Below, piece after piece: positions 1-8,078 of a stretch of DNA of 64,000 nucleotides (positions are counted from its first letter, which is position 1; every line of letters begins with the position of its first letter). Origin of the DNA: a virus (lineage: Duplodnaviria > Caudoviricetes); the IMG/VR virus record IMGVR_UViG_3300032007_000069, positions 1 through 64,000 of that record. The stretch is one strand, 5' to 3'. Position numbers and translations under genes: made by a program. Below the pieces are notes generated by a model. That model saw only the letters and a list, made by a program, of their open reading frames with translations. It was not told the origin of the DNA and searched no databases.

Positions 1-2
1 TC

Positions 3-161
3 CTTCATTTCCCGAAGGGTGGCTTTGATGAGGAGGTGCTTGACAAGGTTCTGAGACGATACAAGGGACTGGAGAAGTTGAAGGATGGTCAGTACCTAAA
101 GTTCGAGCGTATTGTCTGTGTGGAGCATGGAAATATAGTCTATGACAGGAAATTTGAGTGA
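3..161 (+). CDS. 3' end of a gene entering from the left; function unknown (position could fit a MuF/minor head protein tail)
   Basis: Frame 3 is open from the window edge to TGA at 159-161 (LHFPKGGFDEEV...YDRKFE). Confidence 0.5.
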   Translation, partial: LHFPKGGFDEEVLDKVLRRYKGLEKLKDGQYLKFERIVCVEHGNIVYDRKFE

Positions 162-186
162 ATAAAGCAAAATAATTCGGCTTTTG

Positions 187-218
187 TTTGGTCAAATGGA
201 AAATTCTGGCTATCTTTG
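187..218 (+). promoter_or_regulatory. Class A phage promoter (TTTGGTCAAATG ... TATCTTTG)
   Basis: Bacteroidota -33 TTTG and -7 TAnnTTTG with a 20-nt spacer; one of six near-identical copies. Confidence 0.75.
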
Positions 219-246
219 CAACATCAAAATAAAACTCTATAACATG

Positions 247-289
247 CGGGGGGTGTACCACGAAAGTGGAGCCTCCCGTTCCCTTTTTT
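247..289 (+). terminator. GC-rich stem with inner CCAC-GAAA-GTGG hairpin followed by a T tract
   Basis: CGGGGGGT/GCCTCCCG outer stem, GNRA tetraloop, TTTTTT downstream. Confidence 0.6.
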
Positions 290-359
290 GATAGGGTTTG
301 TGAGCAAAAGTTAAACTTTTGTTTTTCAGCGATTTAGACAGAAAATAAATTGTTTTTTG

Positions 360-391
360 TTTGGTCAAATGAAATAATTTGGCTACCTTTG
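360..391 (+). promoter_or_regulatory. Class A phage promoter
   Basis: TTTGGTCAAATG...TACCTTTG with the same spacing as the other copies. Confidence 0.75.
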
Positions 392-439
392 CAATGTATA
401 TAAGAAACATCATTTATTAACGTCTAAATTGTAAGAGCA

Positions 440-1084
440 ATGAAAAAAGAAGAATTGAAAGCCGCCATCAAGGCCAACTTTGAGAACAACGAGTTTGCAA
501 CCGCAATGGGTCTGAACGACTCCCTGTTGCAAGAGTATGAAACCGTAGCTGGCAAGCGCAGCGCAGCAGCCATCGTGTCCTACTACCGCAAGAAGGCAGG
601 TGAAGCTCCTGCAGAACCAGAGACCATCACCTCAGAAGAGGTCGGCAAGGTAGAGGACATTCTCCCTGCAGAAGAGAAGAAGGAAGAGAAGGTTGAGGTT
701 CCGGCACGTCGGTTCGCCCTCGACGAGGTGTTCAACCTCAACGACATCAAGGAGCTGCTGGAAAGCGAGAATCCTGCGCTCTCCCTCTACTGCATCACGA
801 AAGAGGAGTTCGAGCAGGTCAGCGACGAAGAGGAGCGCATCAAGACCACCATGTACGTCAAGCCGGACGGTCTCGGTTGGGAGAAGGCTTCGGAGGTCAG
901 CCAGCTCTTGAAGGACAATGACTTGAAGTCGTTCCGCAAGCCTGGTTCGTTCTACAACAGCAATGCAGGCCTGCCAGTAGGTGAGGTCTATGTGAAGTAC
1001 ACCATGTATAAGGTCGGTGACGCTCTCCAGCGTTTCGCTTTCCGCACGAACACGTCGGCCATCAGATGTGCTACCTGTCTGTAA
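440..1084 (+). CDS. Hypothetical protein (214 aa)
   Basis: ORF with phage-like codon usage, downstream of a promoter and an AAGAGCA-ATG start motif. Confidence 0.8.
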   Translation: MKKEELKAAIKANFENNEFATAMGLNDSLLQEYETVAGKRSAAAIVSYYRKKAGEAPAEPETITSEEVGKVEDILPAEEKKEEKVEVPARRFALDEVFNLNDIKELLESENPALSLYCITKEEFEQVSDEEERIKTTMYVKPDGLGWEKASEVSQLLKDNDLKSFRKPGSFYNSNAGLPVGEVYVKYTMYKVGDALQRFAFRTNTSAIRCATCL

Positions 1085-1098
1085 GAAAGGAGGTCGGT

Positions 1099-1299
1099 AT
1101 GCAAGGTTTGACAGCAATGGTCAGCAAGAGCCTCGGAGTGTCCGCAAGAGAGGCTGATGTGATTATCGACGAGCAAGCGAGCATCGGACTGGATATGATG
1201 GCCAACGAGGGTCTGGATATTGAAGATGTCGAGGAACTGATGTACGACATGGGTATAGAACCCGACTATCTGGACGAGTTCCTTCTGAGAATGTGCTAA
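1099..1299 (+). CDS. Small acidic hypothetical protein
   Basis: ATG at 1099 preceded by AAAGGAGG; followed by a terminator. Confidence 0.7.
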   Translation: MQGLTAMVSKSLGVSAREADVIIDEQASIGLDMMANEGLDIEDVEELMYDMGIEPDYLDEFLLRMC

Positions 1300-1322
1300 T
1301 ACATTATTATCTATATAAGGAA

Positions 1323-1352
1323 AGAGGGTCTTAGCAAGTTCTAAGGCCCTCT
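1323..1352. terminator. Probable bidirectional terminator
   Basis: 12-bp stem AGAGGGTCTTAG/CTAAGGCCCTCT between convergent genes. Confidence 0.7.
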
Positions 1353-1373
1353 CTCTTTGTCTTTTGTCGTTGT

Positions 1374-1937
1374 TTATACCCCACTAAGCGTCTTCACGAA
1401 GCGCAGAGCTTCCTCCTGCTTGGCTTCCCTGTCTATCTTCGTGTCCGGCAGATCTGTGTCGCTCTCATCGAGAAGCCGTAGGAAGGTTGCCTCAATGTCA
1501 GACACCTGCACCTGGTATGTGGTAGCTGTACCTCTCGGCTCAACGGCAAGCCTCTGGAGTTTGACGGCTTGCTGGTATAGTTTCTCCAGCTTATCATCGT
1601 CCTTGGGTAGTTTGGTGTATGCAGCTTCCATATAGGTGCTGATGGCTTCCGGCATCTTATATCCATTGTAGGCTTCGAGTACTCTCTGGGCGACCTCCTT
1701 TGATTCGTTGCAGTAGTCACCTTCGCTACCTGTCATTCGTGCATCAGAGGCACGGAAATAACGAAGCCCTTTGTCGTAGTCGCTCAATGACATCGAGATA
1801 TGGTCTGCTATGAGCGAAGAGCAGTAGAACCCCATATAGACCTTCTCCTTGAATAGCTTGGTCTGCTTGGTGTCTTTGCCACACCCCATCAACACAAGGA
1901 TGGATAGCGTGAGTATGATGATATTCCTTGTTTTCAT
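1374..1937 (-). CDS. Lipoprotein, moron-like (candidate superinfection exclusion or lysogenic conversion)
   Basis: MKTRNIIILTLSILVLMG-C: basic N-terminus, hydrophobic core and lipobox. Opposite strand to its neighbours. Function inferred. Confidence 0.7.
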   Translation of the reverse strand: MKTRNIIILTLSILVLMGCGKDTKQTKLFKEKVYMGFYCSSLIADHISMSLSDYDKGLRYFRASDARMTGSEGDYCNESKEVAQRVLEAYNGYKMPEAISTYMEAAYTKLPKDDDKLEKLYQQAVKLQRLAVEPRGTATTYQVQVSDIEATFLRLLDESDTDLPDTKIDREAKQEEALRFVKTLSGV

Positions 1938-1941
1938 GCCG

Positions 1942-1949
1942 CAAAGTTA
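1942..1949 (-). promoter_or_regulatory. -7 box TAACTTTG four nt before the lipoprotein ATG (near-leaderless mRNA)
   Basis: The minus strand reads TAACTTTG-CGGC-ATG. Confidence 0.6.
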
Positions 1950-2004
1950 GCAAAAGTTCCGCAAATGGAGCATTGGTAGTTATAAAAACAAGGTTTCGTG
2001 CGTG

Positions 2005-2053
2005 AAATATGCGTTAGTTTCAAGCACTTTATGAAAAGATTATTGTAATTTTG
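2005..2053 (+). promoter_or_regulatory. Putative promoter of the head-tail operon (class B motif TGCG-N5-TCAAGCA plus TAATTTTG)
   Basis: TAATTTTG at 2046-2053; the upstream motif recurs near 47660 and 61986. Confidence 0.5.
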
Positions 2054-2152
2054 TGCCAAGAAAGCGTATGTAGATGTACGTTTGAAAACCTTCTCTGGAT
2101 GGTTATGCGTTCATCGCAACGCACGAAGTTTAATCATTTTAATTCAGTTCAC

Positions 2153-2932
2153 ATGAACAAGAGACAGAGAAAGGTTTTCACCTTATTGAGAACGAAGACT
2201 AAGGCGATCGGTCTCAATCGTAAGGAGCTGGAGGGTCTTGCGCTGAAGATTGACAAGAACCTGCAACTCGAAGAAGATGCCTCGGATGAGGAGGTTGACG
2301 CTGCTATCGAGGAAGCAATTGATGCGGCACTCCCATTCTTAGAAGTGAGCCAGTCCGTGGCTCAGCGCTCAATCCAATCATCACTCCAGCGTATGCGTGA
2401 CCAGAACGGTGACGATGATGATGCTGACGATGATGAGCCTGACGACGATGATCAGGACGATGGTGACGGAGACCGCAACGTTCACCAGCGCGGAAAGGGC
2501 AAGAAGAATCATCGTTCCACCAAAAGCAATTCTGAGGATAGTGAAATCATGAAGCTTCTCAAGAAGCAGAATGAGACTATCGAGGCACTGAAGGGCCAGA
2601 TTGACAACCTGCAGGGCGACCGTGTAACTGACGCGAGGAGAACGAAACTGAAAAAGCTCGTTGAGAACACAGGAACCTTCGGTAAGTCGGTGATGAAGCA
2701 GTTCAGCCTCATGTCCTTCAAGGACGAGGATGCCTTCGAGGACTATCTCGATGAAGTGCAGAAGGACTTGGACGACCTCAACCAGGAGCGTGCCAACGAG
2801 GGCTTGAAGAAGCTCGGCGAGGTGCCAAGCGGTGAGCGCAAGAAGAGTCCCGAGAACCAGAACGTGGACGTGCTGTCAGACTCAGACATCATTGCCTTGG
2901 CTGGCGGTGCTCCGCAAACAGAGAACAAGTAA
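2153..2932 (+). CDS. Probable head scaffolding protein
   Basis: Helical/coiled-coil protein with an acidic linker, upstream of decoration and capsid genes. Start moved to ATG 2153, since the longer ORF overlaps the promoter. Confidence 0.65.
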   Translation: MNKRQRKVFTLLRTKTKAIGLNRKELEGLALKIDKNLQLEEDASDEEVDAAIEEAIDAALPFLEVSQSVAQRSIQSSLQRMRDQNGDDDDADDDEPDDDDQDDGDGDRNVHQRGKGKKNHRSTKSNSEDSEIMKLLKKQNETIEALKGQIDNLQGDRVTDARRTKLKKLVENTGTFGKSVMKQFSLMSFKDEDAFEDYLDEVQKDLDDLNQERANEGLKKLGEVPSGERKKSPENQNVDVLSDSDIIALAGGAPQTENK

Positions 2933-2947
2933 TTAAAAGTTAAAAAA

Positions 2948-3358
2948 ATGGGTGCACAAGCAAATCTGAACAACGACGGATTTCACATTGATGCCGCTAA
3001 CGACTCAATCGTGATCCGCAAGTATGGTGCCGGCATCACCGGTGGCCGTACCCTTGACATGACTGACTTCCCTGCCGACCTCAAGTGCATCAAGGCTGGT
3101 CATGTCGTAATTCGTAGCACAGAGGACGAGACCCTGTATAAGCCCATGCCTGTTGCCGCAGGTGGTGAGGCATACGATTCTCTCCCTGCGAACTATGAGT
3201 ATGTGGGTGTTGTAGTTGCAACCAAGCCTGTTGACTATCCTCTCGTAGGTATCATGTACGCAGGTGAGGTGAACGACGTAGCAAGCCCCTATCCTGTGAG
3301 TTCCATCAAGGCTGCGTTGAAGTCTGCACTTCCCGGCCTCGTGTTTATGCACGACTAA
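2948..3358 (+). CDS. Probable head decoration protein
   Basis: 136 aa, beta-rich, between scaffold and major capsid genes. Confidence 0.6.
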   Translation: MGAQANLNNDGFHIDAANDSIVIRKYGAGITGGRTLDMTDFPADLKCIKAGHVVIRSTEDETLYKPMPVAAGGEAYDSLPANYEYVGVVVATKPVDYPLVGIMYAGEVNDVASPYPVSSIKAALKSALPGLVFMHD

Positions 3359-3389
3359 GTTGCAGAACCCATAAAATTGAAATAGGACT

Positions 3390-4988
3390 ATGCAAGAATC
3401 ATTGTTCATTCAGTTTATCATGGCTCTCTGGCCAAAGCTGTCTTTGTATGTCAATACGAAGGTGAACAACGGCCAGCCCATGACGTACCTTCATAAGACC
3501 ATGCTGACTCCTGTGTACAGCGCAGATCAGAAGTGGGAAGGTACTTCTGCCAATACGGTGTATGTAGCTGCTGACATGGTTGCTATGGATTCTCCTCTTC
3601 CCGTGAAGAAGCGTGACTCCGTTTCGACCAGCAACGGCAAACTGCCAAAGATTGGTATGGAGAAGAAGAAGGGTGAGACTGACATCAACACCCTTAACAT
3701 CATGAACGCTCAGTACCAGGCACTCGTGGCAGGTGGCAACCAAGCTGCTGCTGCCTCTCAGCGCCAGCGCATCATCCAGCGTTTCGCTGACGATGTTGTG
3801 TACTGCTCCGTAGGTATTGACGAGAAGAACGAGGCTAACTTCCTTACCGCTCTCGCAGACGGTGTGATGGCAGTTCCCGATGAGGAGAACACCGGAACAG
3901 CTCTCCGCGTGAAGTTCGGTTATGACAAGTTCCCGCAGAACCACTTCGGTGTCGAGGTGCTCAACCACATCGGCCGCGAGGACATCGAGCGTGTGCTTGC
4001 CAAGGCTAACGAGGATGGTGTGACTATCACTACCATCGCCATCGCCCTCTCGACTTACCGTGAAATGAAGAAGGAGCGCTGGGCTCGTGAGTTGGTGGCC
4101 GACGCCAAGGACATCACCTACACCGACAGCACGAAGCTGCCTATCCCGAACGCTACTGCATTCGATGAGGCCTTCGCAACTGAGTTCGGTGGCATCCAGT
4201 TCTTGAAGATCGACCGCACCGTGTACTTCGAGAAGAACGGCAAGCGCACTCCTGTCAAGCCGTTCAACGCTGACAAGCTGGTGTTCCTGTCGAGCACTAT
4301 GGTCGGCTCTCTCGTTTGGGGTACTCTTGCCGAGGTAACCAACCCTGTGGCAGGTGTGAAGTACCAGATTCTCGACCAGTACAAGCTCATTTCGGAGTTC
4401 TCGACAACGAAGCCTCTGATTGAGCACACCACTGGTGAGGCCCTGGTTATCCCTGTTATCGAGAATGTTGACCAGATTTACACCATCGACAAGACGAATG
4501 CTTTCGTGGTTGACACCGACGCTGAGACTGAGGACTCTGGCGACACCTACACTACCATCAATGGTAAGAAGTTCGTGAAGTCTGAGGCTATCGCAGGCTT
4601 GAACGCTCTCGGTGCAAACCTCCCGGCAAACGCAACTGACGATGCTGTAGTCAAGGCTGTCAACGCTCTGAGCGACAAGGACGAGGCCAAGTTCTTCAAG
4701 AACGTTATCTACCTGCCTAAGCTGACTCCCGATAGTCTGAGCTTCGCCAAGACTGCTGACAGCACTGGCAAGACCGTGAAGGTTGACTCTAACGACAAGA
4801 CCAACATGGCCACCGCTACTGCTACCACGACAGACGCTTGGATTACTCCGGCCATCAGCAATGGTGTAGTGACCGTCAAGGTTGCTGCCAACAGCGAGGC
4901 TTCGGCTCCTAAGCGCACAGGTAGCGTGACTGTGACTGTGGGCGAGAAGAGTTCTACCATCGCAGTAGAGCAGGCCGCTAACGCTTAA
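3390..4988 (+). CDS. Major capsid protein with a C-terminal BACON/Ig-like domain
   Basis: Position and capsid-like N-terminal ~370 aa. The last ~88 aa fit the BACON pattern (W..V.V.AN...KRTGSVTV...V.Q). Confidence 0.8.
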   Translation: MQESLFIQFIMALWPKLSLYVNTKVNNGQPMTYLHKTMLTPVYSADQKWEGTSANTVYVAADMVAMDSPLPVKKRDSVSTSNGKLPKIGMEKKKGETDINTLNIMNAQYQALVAGGNQAAAASQRQRIIQRFADDVVYCSVGIDEKNEANFLTALADGVMAVPDEENTGTALRVKFGYDKFPQNHFGVEVLNHIGREDIERVLAKANEDGVTITTIAIALSTYREMKKERWARELVADAKDITYTDSTKLPIPNATAFDEAFATEFGGIQFLKIDRTVYFEKNGKRTPVKPFNADKLVFLSSTMVGSLVWGTLAEVTNPVAGVKYQILDQYKLISEFSTTKPLIEHTTGEALVIPVIENVDQIYTIDKTNAFVVDTDAETEDSGDTYTTINGKKFVKSEAIAGLNALGANLPANATDDAVVKAVNALSDKDEAKFFKNVIYLPKLTPDSLSFAKTADSTGKTVKVDSNDKTNMATATATTTDAWITPAISNGVVTVKVAANSEASAPKRTGSVTVTVGEKSSTIAVEQAANA

Positions 4989-5001
4989 ATTGTGACGAGA
5001 C

Positions 5002-5328
5002 ATGAAGACGATTAGGCAAGCACTCATCGACGAGATTATCTACCCCATTCCGGAAGGTCTGGTGGAGAACAAGCTCATAGCCCGTGGGCTGACAGGCGAG
5101 GAAGAGTTCACGCTCGAAAGCGCCAAGTCCAGCGAGTATAGGGGGTGCTTTGCCGATTGTCTCGTCGCTCTGGTCCAGGCTGTGAACTTCTCAGAGTCCG
5201 ACAAGTCGGTCGGCACTCTGACAGACGAGGTTAAAAAGAAGCTCTTGAACAGAGCCAACTCCATTTACGAAGCCCTTGGTGAAGACTTAGTTCCCGAAGT
5301 CGAGCCGAAGGTTTACATCAACTGCTAA
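5002..5328 (+). CDS. Head-tail adaptor
   Basis: 108 aa, helical, first gene after the capsid; positional inference. Confidence 0.6.
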   Translation: MKTIRQALIDEIIYPIPEGLVENKLIARGLTGEEEFTLESAKSSEYRGCFADCLVALVQAVNFSESDKSVGTLTDEVKKKLLNRANSIYEALGEDLVPEVEPKVYINC

Positions 5329-5332
5329 GGAT

Positions 5333-5671
5333 ATGCCGATACTGAAGATGATGCCGCACAAGCTCTCCTATCTCTCCAAAGGACAAGAGTACGAGGATGA
5401 GAACGGTGACTTCCACGCTGGAACGGAAGAGTGGGTGGAACTATGTAAGTGTGACGTGGTTCCTGCCGGTGAGGCAAACACCATCACACTCCCAGATGGT
5501 ATGCAGCTGCAATACGCTTACACCATCTACCTGCCGAAGAAGACGAGGGAGTTTTCAGTCGGTGAGAAGGTGCGCATCAGCTTCTTCGGTAACGGTACCC
5601 TGCAGGAGAAGAAGGAGTTCTCCGTGAAAGGCTTCCATGCCTACCAGCATCAATGCAAGATGTGGGTATGA
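5333..5671 (+). CDS. Head closure (stopper) protein
   Basis: 112 aa, beta-rich; positional inference. Confidence 0.55.
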   Translation: MPILKMMPHKLSYLSKGQEYEDENGDFHAGTEEWVELCKCDVVPAGEANTITLPDGMQLQYAYTIYLPKKTREFSVGEKVRISFFGNGTLQEKKEFSVKGFHAYQHQCKMWV

Positions 5672-6159
5672 GCGACATTCGTCTGGTGACCTCCATGAAT
5701 GCCATTGACGAGCTGTTCGCCAAGGCAGCGAAGATTCTCTTCCAGAGGATTCAGTACAACCTCAGCTATCTCGGTACGTCATGTGTTACACGAGTACGTG
5801 ACAGGACGGGTTCTGAGAGTTGGTACGACCAGACAGGTAACCTCAGAAGTTCAATAGGCTTTGCCATCTATTCCTACGGACAGAAACAGATTGAGTCTGC
5901 CTTTGATTCAGTCCTCGGTGGTCAGGAAGGCTCAAGCAAGGGTAAGAAGATGGTGACAGACCTCGCAAGCCTATACTCCGATACATACGCATTGGTGGTG
6001 ATAGCAGCGATGGACTACGCAGAATTTGTCGAGGCCATAGAGTCGAAAGACGTTCTCGCATCGACAGAGATTTGGGCGAAGCAGCAAGTGAACAGGTACC
6101 TTCAGAAAGCTATCAAAGAAGCAGAAAACGAAATTCAGAAATTGGAAGTTGCACTATGA
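5668..6159 (+). CDS. Neck protein (HK97 gp10-like)
   Basis: DQTGNLRSSIG and AMDYAEFVE motifs typical of this family; ATGA overlap with the previous gene. Confidence 0.65.
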   Translation: MSDIRLVTSMNAIDELFAKAAKILFQRIQYNLSYLGTSCVTRVRDRTGSESWYDQTGNLRSSIGFAIYSYGQKQIESAFDSVLGGQEGSSKGKKMVTDLASLYSDTYALVVIAAMDYAEFVEAIESKDVLASTEIWAKQQVNRYLQKAIKEAENEIQKLEVAL

Positions 6160-6557
6160 AGTCGGACATACTGATAAAGGACGATTTGTTTCAGTTCATC
6201 AAGAACAGCCCCATTGCATCAGCCGTAACGGGCAAGATCTGCAAGCAGGGTGTGAGGCCTAAAGGCTCTGACAAGGAAGATGTGGTGATTTCGGTCATTG
6301 CGAACCTCAATGGTCAGATACAGGAAGCCGTGGTGAACGTGAACATCTACGTCAATGACGACATCAAGGCAGACGGCCAGAACCAGGAGGCCACCATCCG
6401 TCTGAGAACGCTCTGCTCCATAGCCTCTGAAGCATTAGAAGTAGGAAGTGGCGAGGACTACCGCTTCACTCTCGAAAGCCAGCGTGTGCTCGCGGTCGAT
6501 GATGCCAAGGTACACGTTATCAATAACAGGTTAAATTACAAACAAATAAACGAGTAA
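6156..6557 (+). CDS. Tail terminator/completion protein
   Basis: Directly before the major tail gene; ATGA overlap at 6156. Confidence 0.6.
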   Translation: MKSDILIKDDLFQFIKNSPIASAVTGKICKQGVRPKGSDKEDVVISVIANLNGQIQEAVVNVNIYVNDDIKADGQNQEATIRLRTLCSIASEALEVGSGEDYRFTLESQRVLAVDDAKVHVINNRLNYKQINE

Positions 6558-6562
6558 GAATT

Positions 6563-7120
6563 ATGTCTAAGCTTTCTTGGGGCAAGCCCCGAATTTTCGT
6601 AAAGGACCTCGATACCAACAATGCACCCTGGGTGGAGCTGAACACTCCCGTACAGGATTCCACTGAGTTGCAGCCTACCAAGGGCAACAAGATGGAAGCA
6701 CCTATCGAGGGCGGCGAGAATGAAGACATCATGTACCAGGCCTCTAAGTATGCGGTTGTGTACAACATCCGTAAGCTGAAGGGTCGCTCAGTGCCCATTC
6801 CTCACAAGAATGGTGTCGTGAGCAAGAACTATGCCTTCATGCTCATGCCGGAGGACGGAACCAATATCGGTTTCTACATCGAGAAGACTGCCGTGACCGT
6901 GGACGACAACTTCAAGTGCGCAGAAGGTGCAGCCTGGAATATCCAGCACGACGCCATCGCTGCCACATCGGGCAACACCGTGAAGTGGGGTACGGTCGTG
7001 GTAGCAGCCAAGACAGGCGAAGGTGCCACTGGCCACACCATCACCTTCACAGAGACTCAGCTCGCAGAGGGTCAGTCCACTGCAACTACAGAGTCTGGTG
7101 ACGTGACGGTGCTTTCCTAA
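6563..7120 (+). CDS. Major tail (tube) protein
   Basis: 185 aa, beta-rich, upstream of chaperone and tape measure genes. Confidence 0.7.
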   Translation: MSKLSWGKPRIFVKDLDTNNAPWVELNTPVQDSTELQPTKGNKMEAPIEGGENEDIMYQASKYAVVYNIRKLKGRSVPIPHKNGVVSKNYAFMLMPEDGTNIGFYIEKTAVTVDDNFKCAEGAAWNIQHDAIAATSGNTVKWGTVVVAAKTGEGATGHTITFTETQLAEGQSTATTESGDVTVLS

Positions 7121-7189
7121 GCCATCCCTCCTTTCAGACGTGTGGATAGACACCCCTTGGCAGTTCGGTAGGAGAGAACTGCCCATGTT

Positions 7190-7264
7190 GCGGAGATAGC
7201 TCAGTAAGCTCAGAGCGCTTCCTTTCCAAGGTAGAGGTCGTTGGTGCGAATCCAACTCTCCGCT
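7190..7264 (+). tRNA. tRNA-Gly(TCC), atypical
   Basis: Acceptor GCGGAGA/TCTCCGC, D stem GCTC/GAGC, anticodon loop TT-TCC-AA, T stem GTTGG/CCAAC. The T loop is TGCGAAT, the anticodon stem has one T-T mismatch, and CCA is not encoded. Confidence 0.75.
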
Positions 7265-7282
7265 CTAAAGAATGAAGAAGGT

Positions 7283-8026
7283 ATGGAAGACAAGTACATT
7301 GACATGAACATAGACGATGCCCTCATCGAGAAGCCCTATCCCTTCACCATCGAAGCGGAAGGCAAAGGTGAGCGGCATTTTTTCTTATATCCCGTCACAC
7401 TCGGCAAGCTTCACCTGTTGAAGAGGCACATGGATAACCTGCAGATTGACTTCAAGAACTTGCAGGCGAGCCCACACCTCGAAGCACTCCGTGTAGTGAC
7501 CACCAAGAGAGAAGAAGTATGTAAGGTGTTCGCATACCATACCTTGAAGCGCAAGAGAGACATCTTCGACCAGCAGCTTGTCAACGAGACGGCAGCTTTC
7601 ATCAACGACAACTCTTCGGATGAGGAGCTGGCCATGTTGCTCGTCCATATCATCACCAAGGACAACGTTGAGCAGTACAAGAACCACCTCGGAATCACCA
7701 AGGAGAACGAGCGAATGAGAGCCGTCGCTGATGCCAAGAAGTCCGCTCAGAAGTCGCAGAACGATTTCCAGTTCGGTGGCAAGACCATCTACGGAACGCT
7801 CATTGACACAGCCTGCGAACGATACGGCTGGCCCTACGACTATGTGGTGTGGGGTATCTCTCTGGTGAACCTGCAGCTGCTTTTGGCAGACAGAATACAG
7901 AATATCTACCTGTCCGACGAAGAGAAGGCTCATGTGCAGTCCTCGTTGCTCAATGACGATGCAGACGTGATAAACGCTGACGACAAGGGCAATATGGAGA
8001 GAATCCTGTCGATGGACTGGAGATAG
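7283..8026 (+). CDS. Tail assembly chaperone
   Basis: Between major tail and tape measure genes; start set to ATG 7283, after the tRNA. Confidence 0.65.
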   Translation: MEDKYIDMNIDDALIEKPYPFTIEAEGKGERHFFLYPVTLGKLHLLKRHMDNLQIDFKNLQASPHLEALRVVTTKREEVCKVFAYHTLKRKRDIFDQQLVNETAAFINDNSSDEELAMLLVHIITKDNVEQYKNHLGITKENERMRAVADAKKSAQKSQNDFQFGGKTIYGTLIDTACERYGWPYDYVVWGISLVNLQLLLADRIQNIYLSDEEKAHVQSSLLNDDADVINADDKGNMERILSMDWR

Positions 8027-8078
8027 AAATAAACGAAAGTAACGACCCACGCACGCGCGAGGCAACAGAAAATAAGTC

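Noticed and set aside
3399-5027. Long antisense ORFs here and opposite other genes (e.g. 7385-8317, 14354-15322, 16992-18362, 18479-19477)
   Set aside because: They are shadow frames of strongly biased sense-strand codons, with no family motifs or own promoters.
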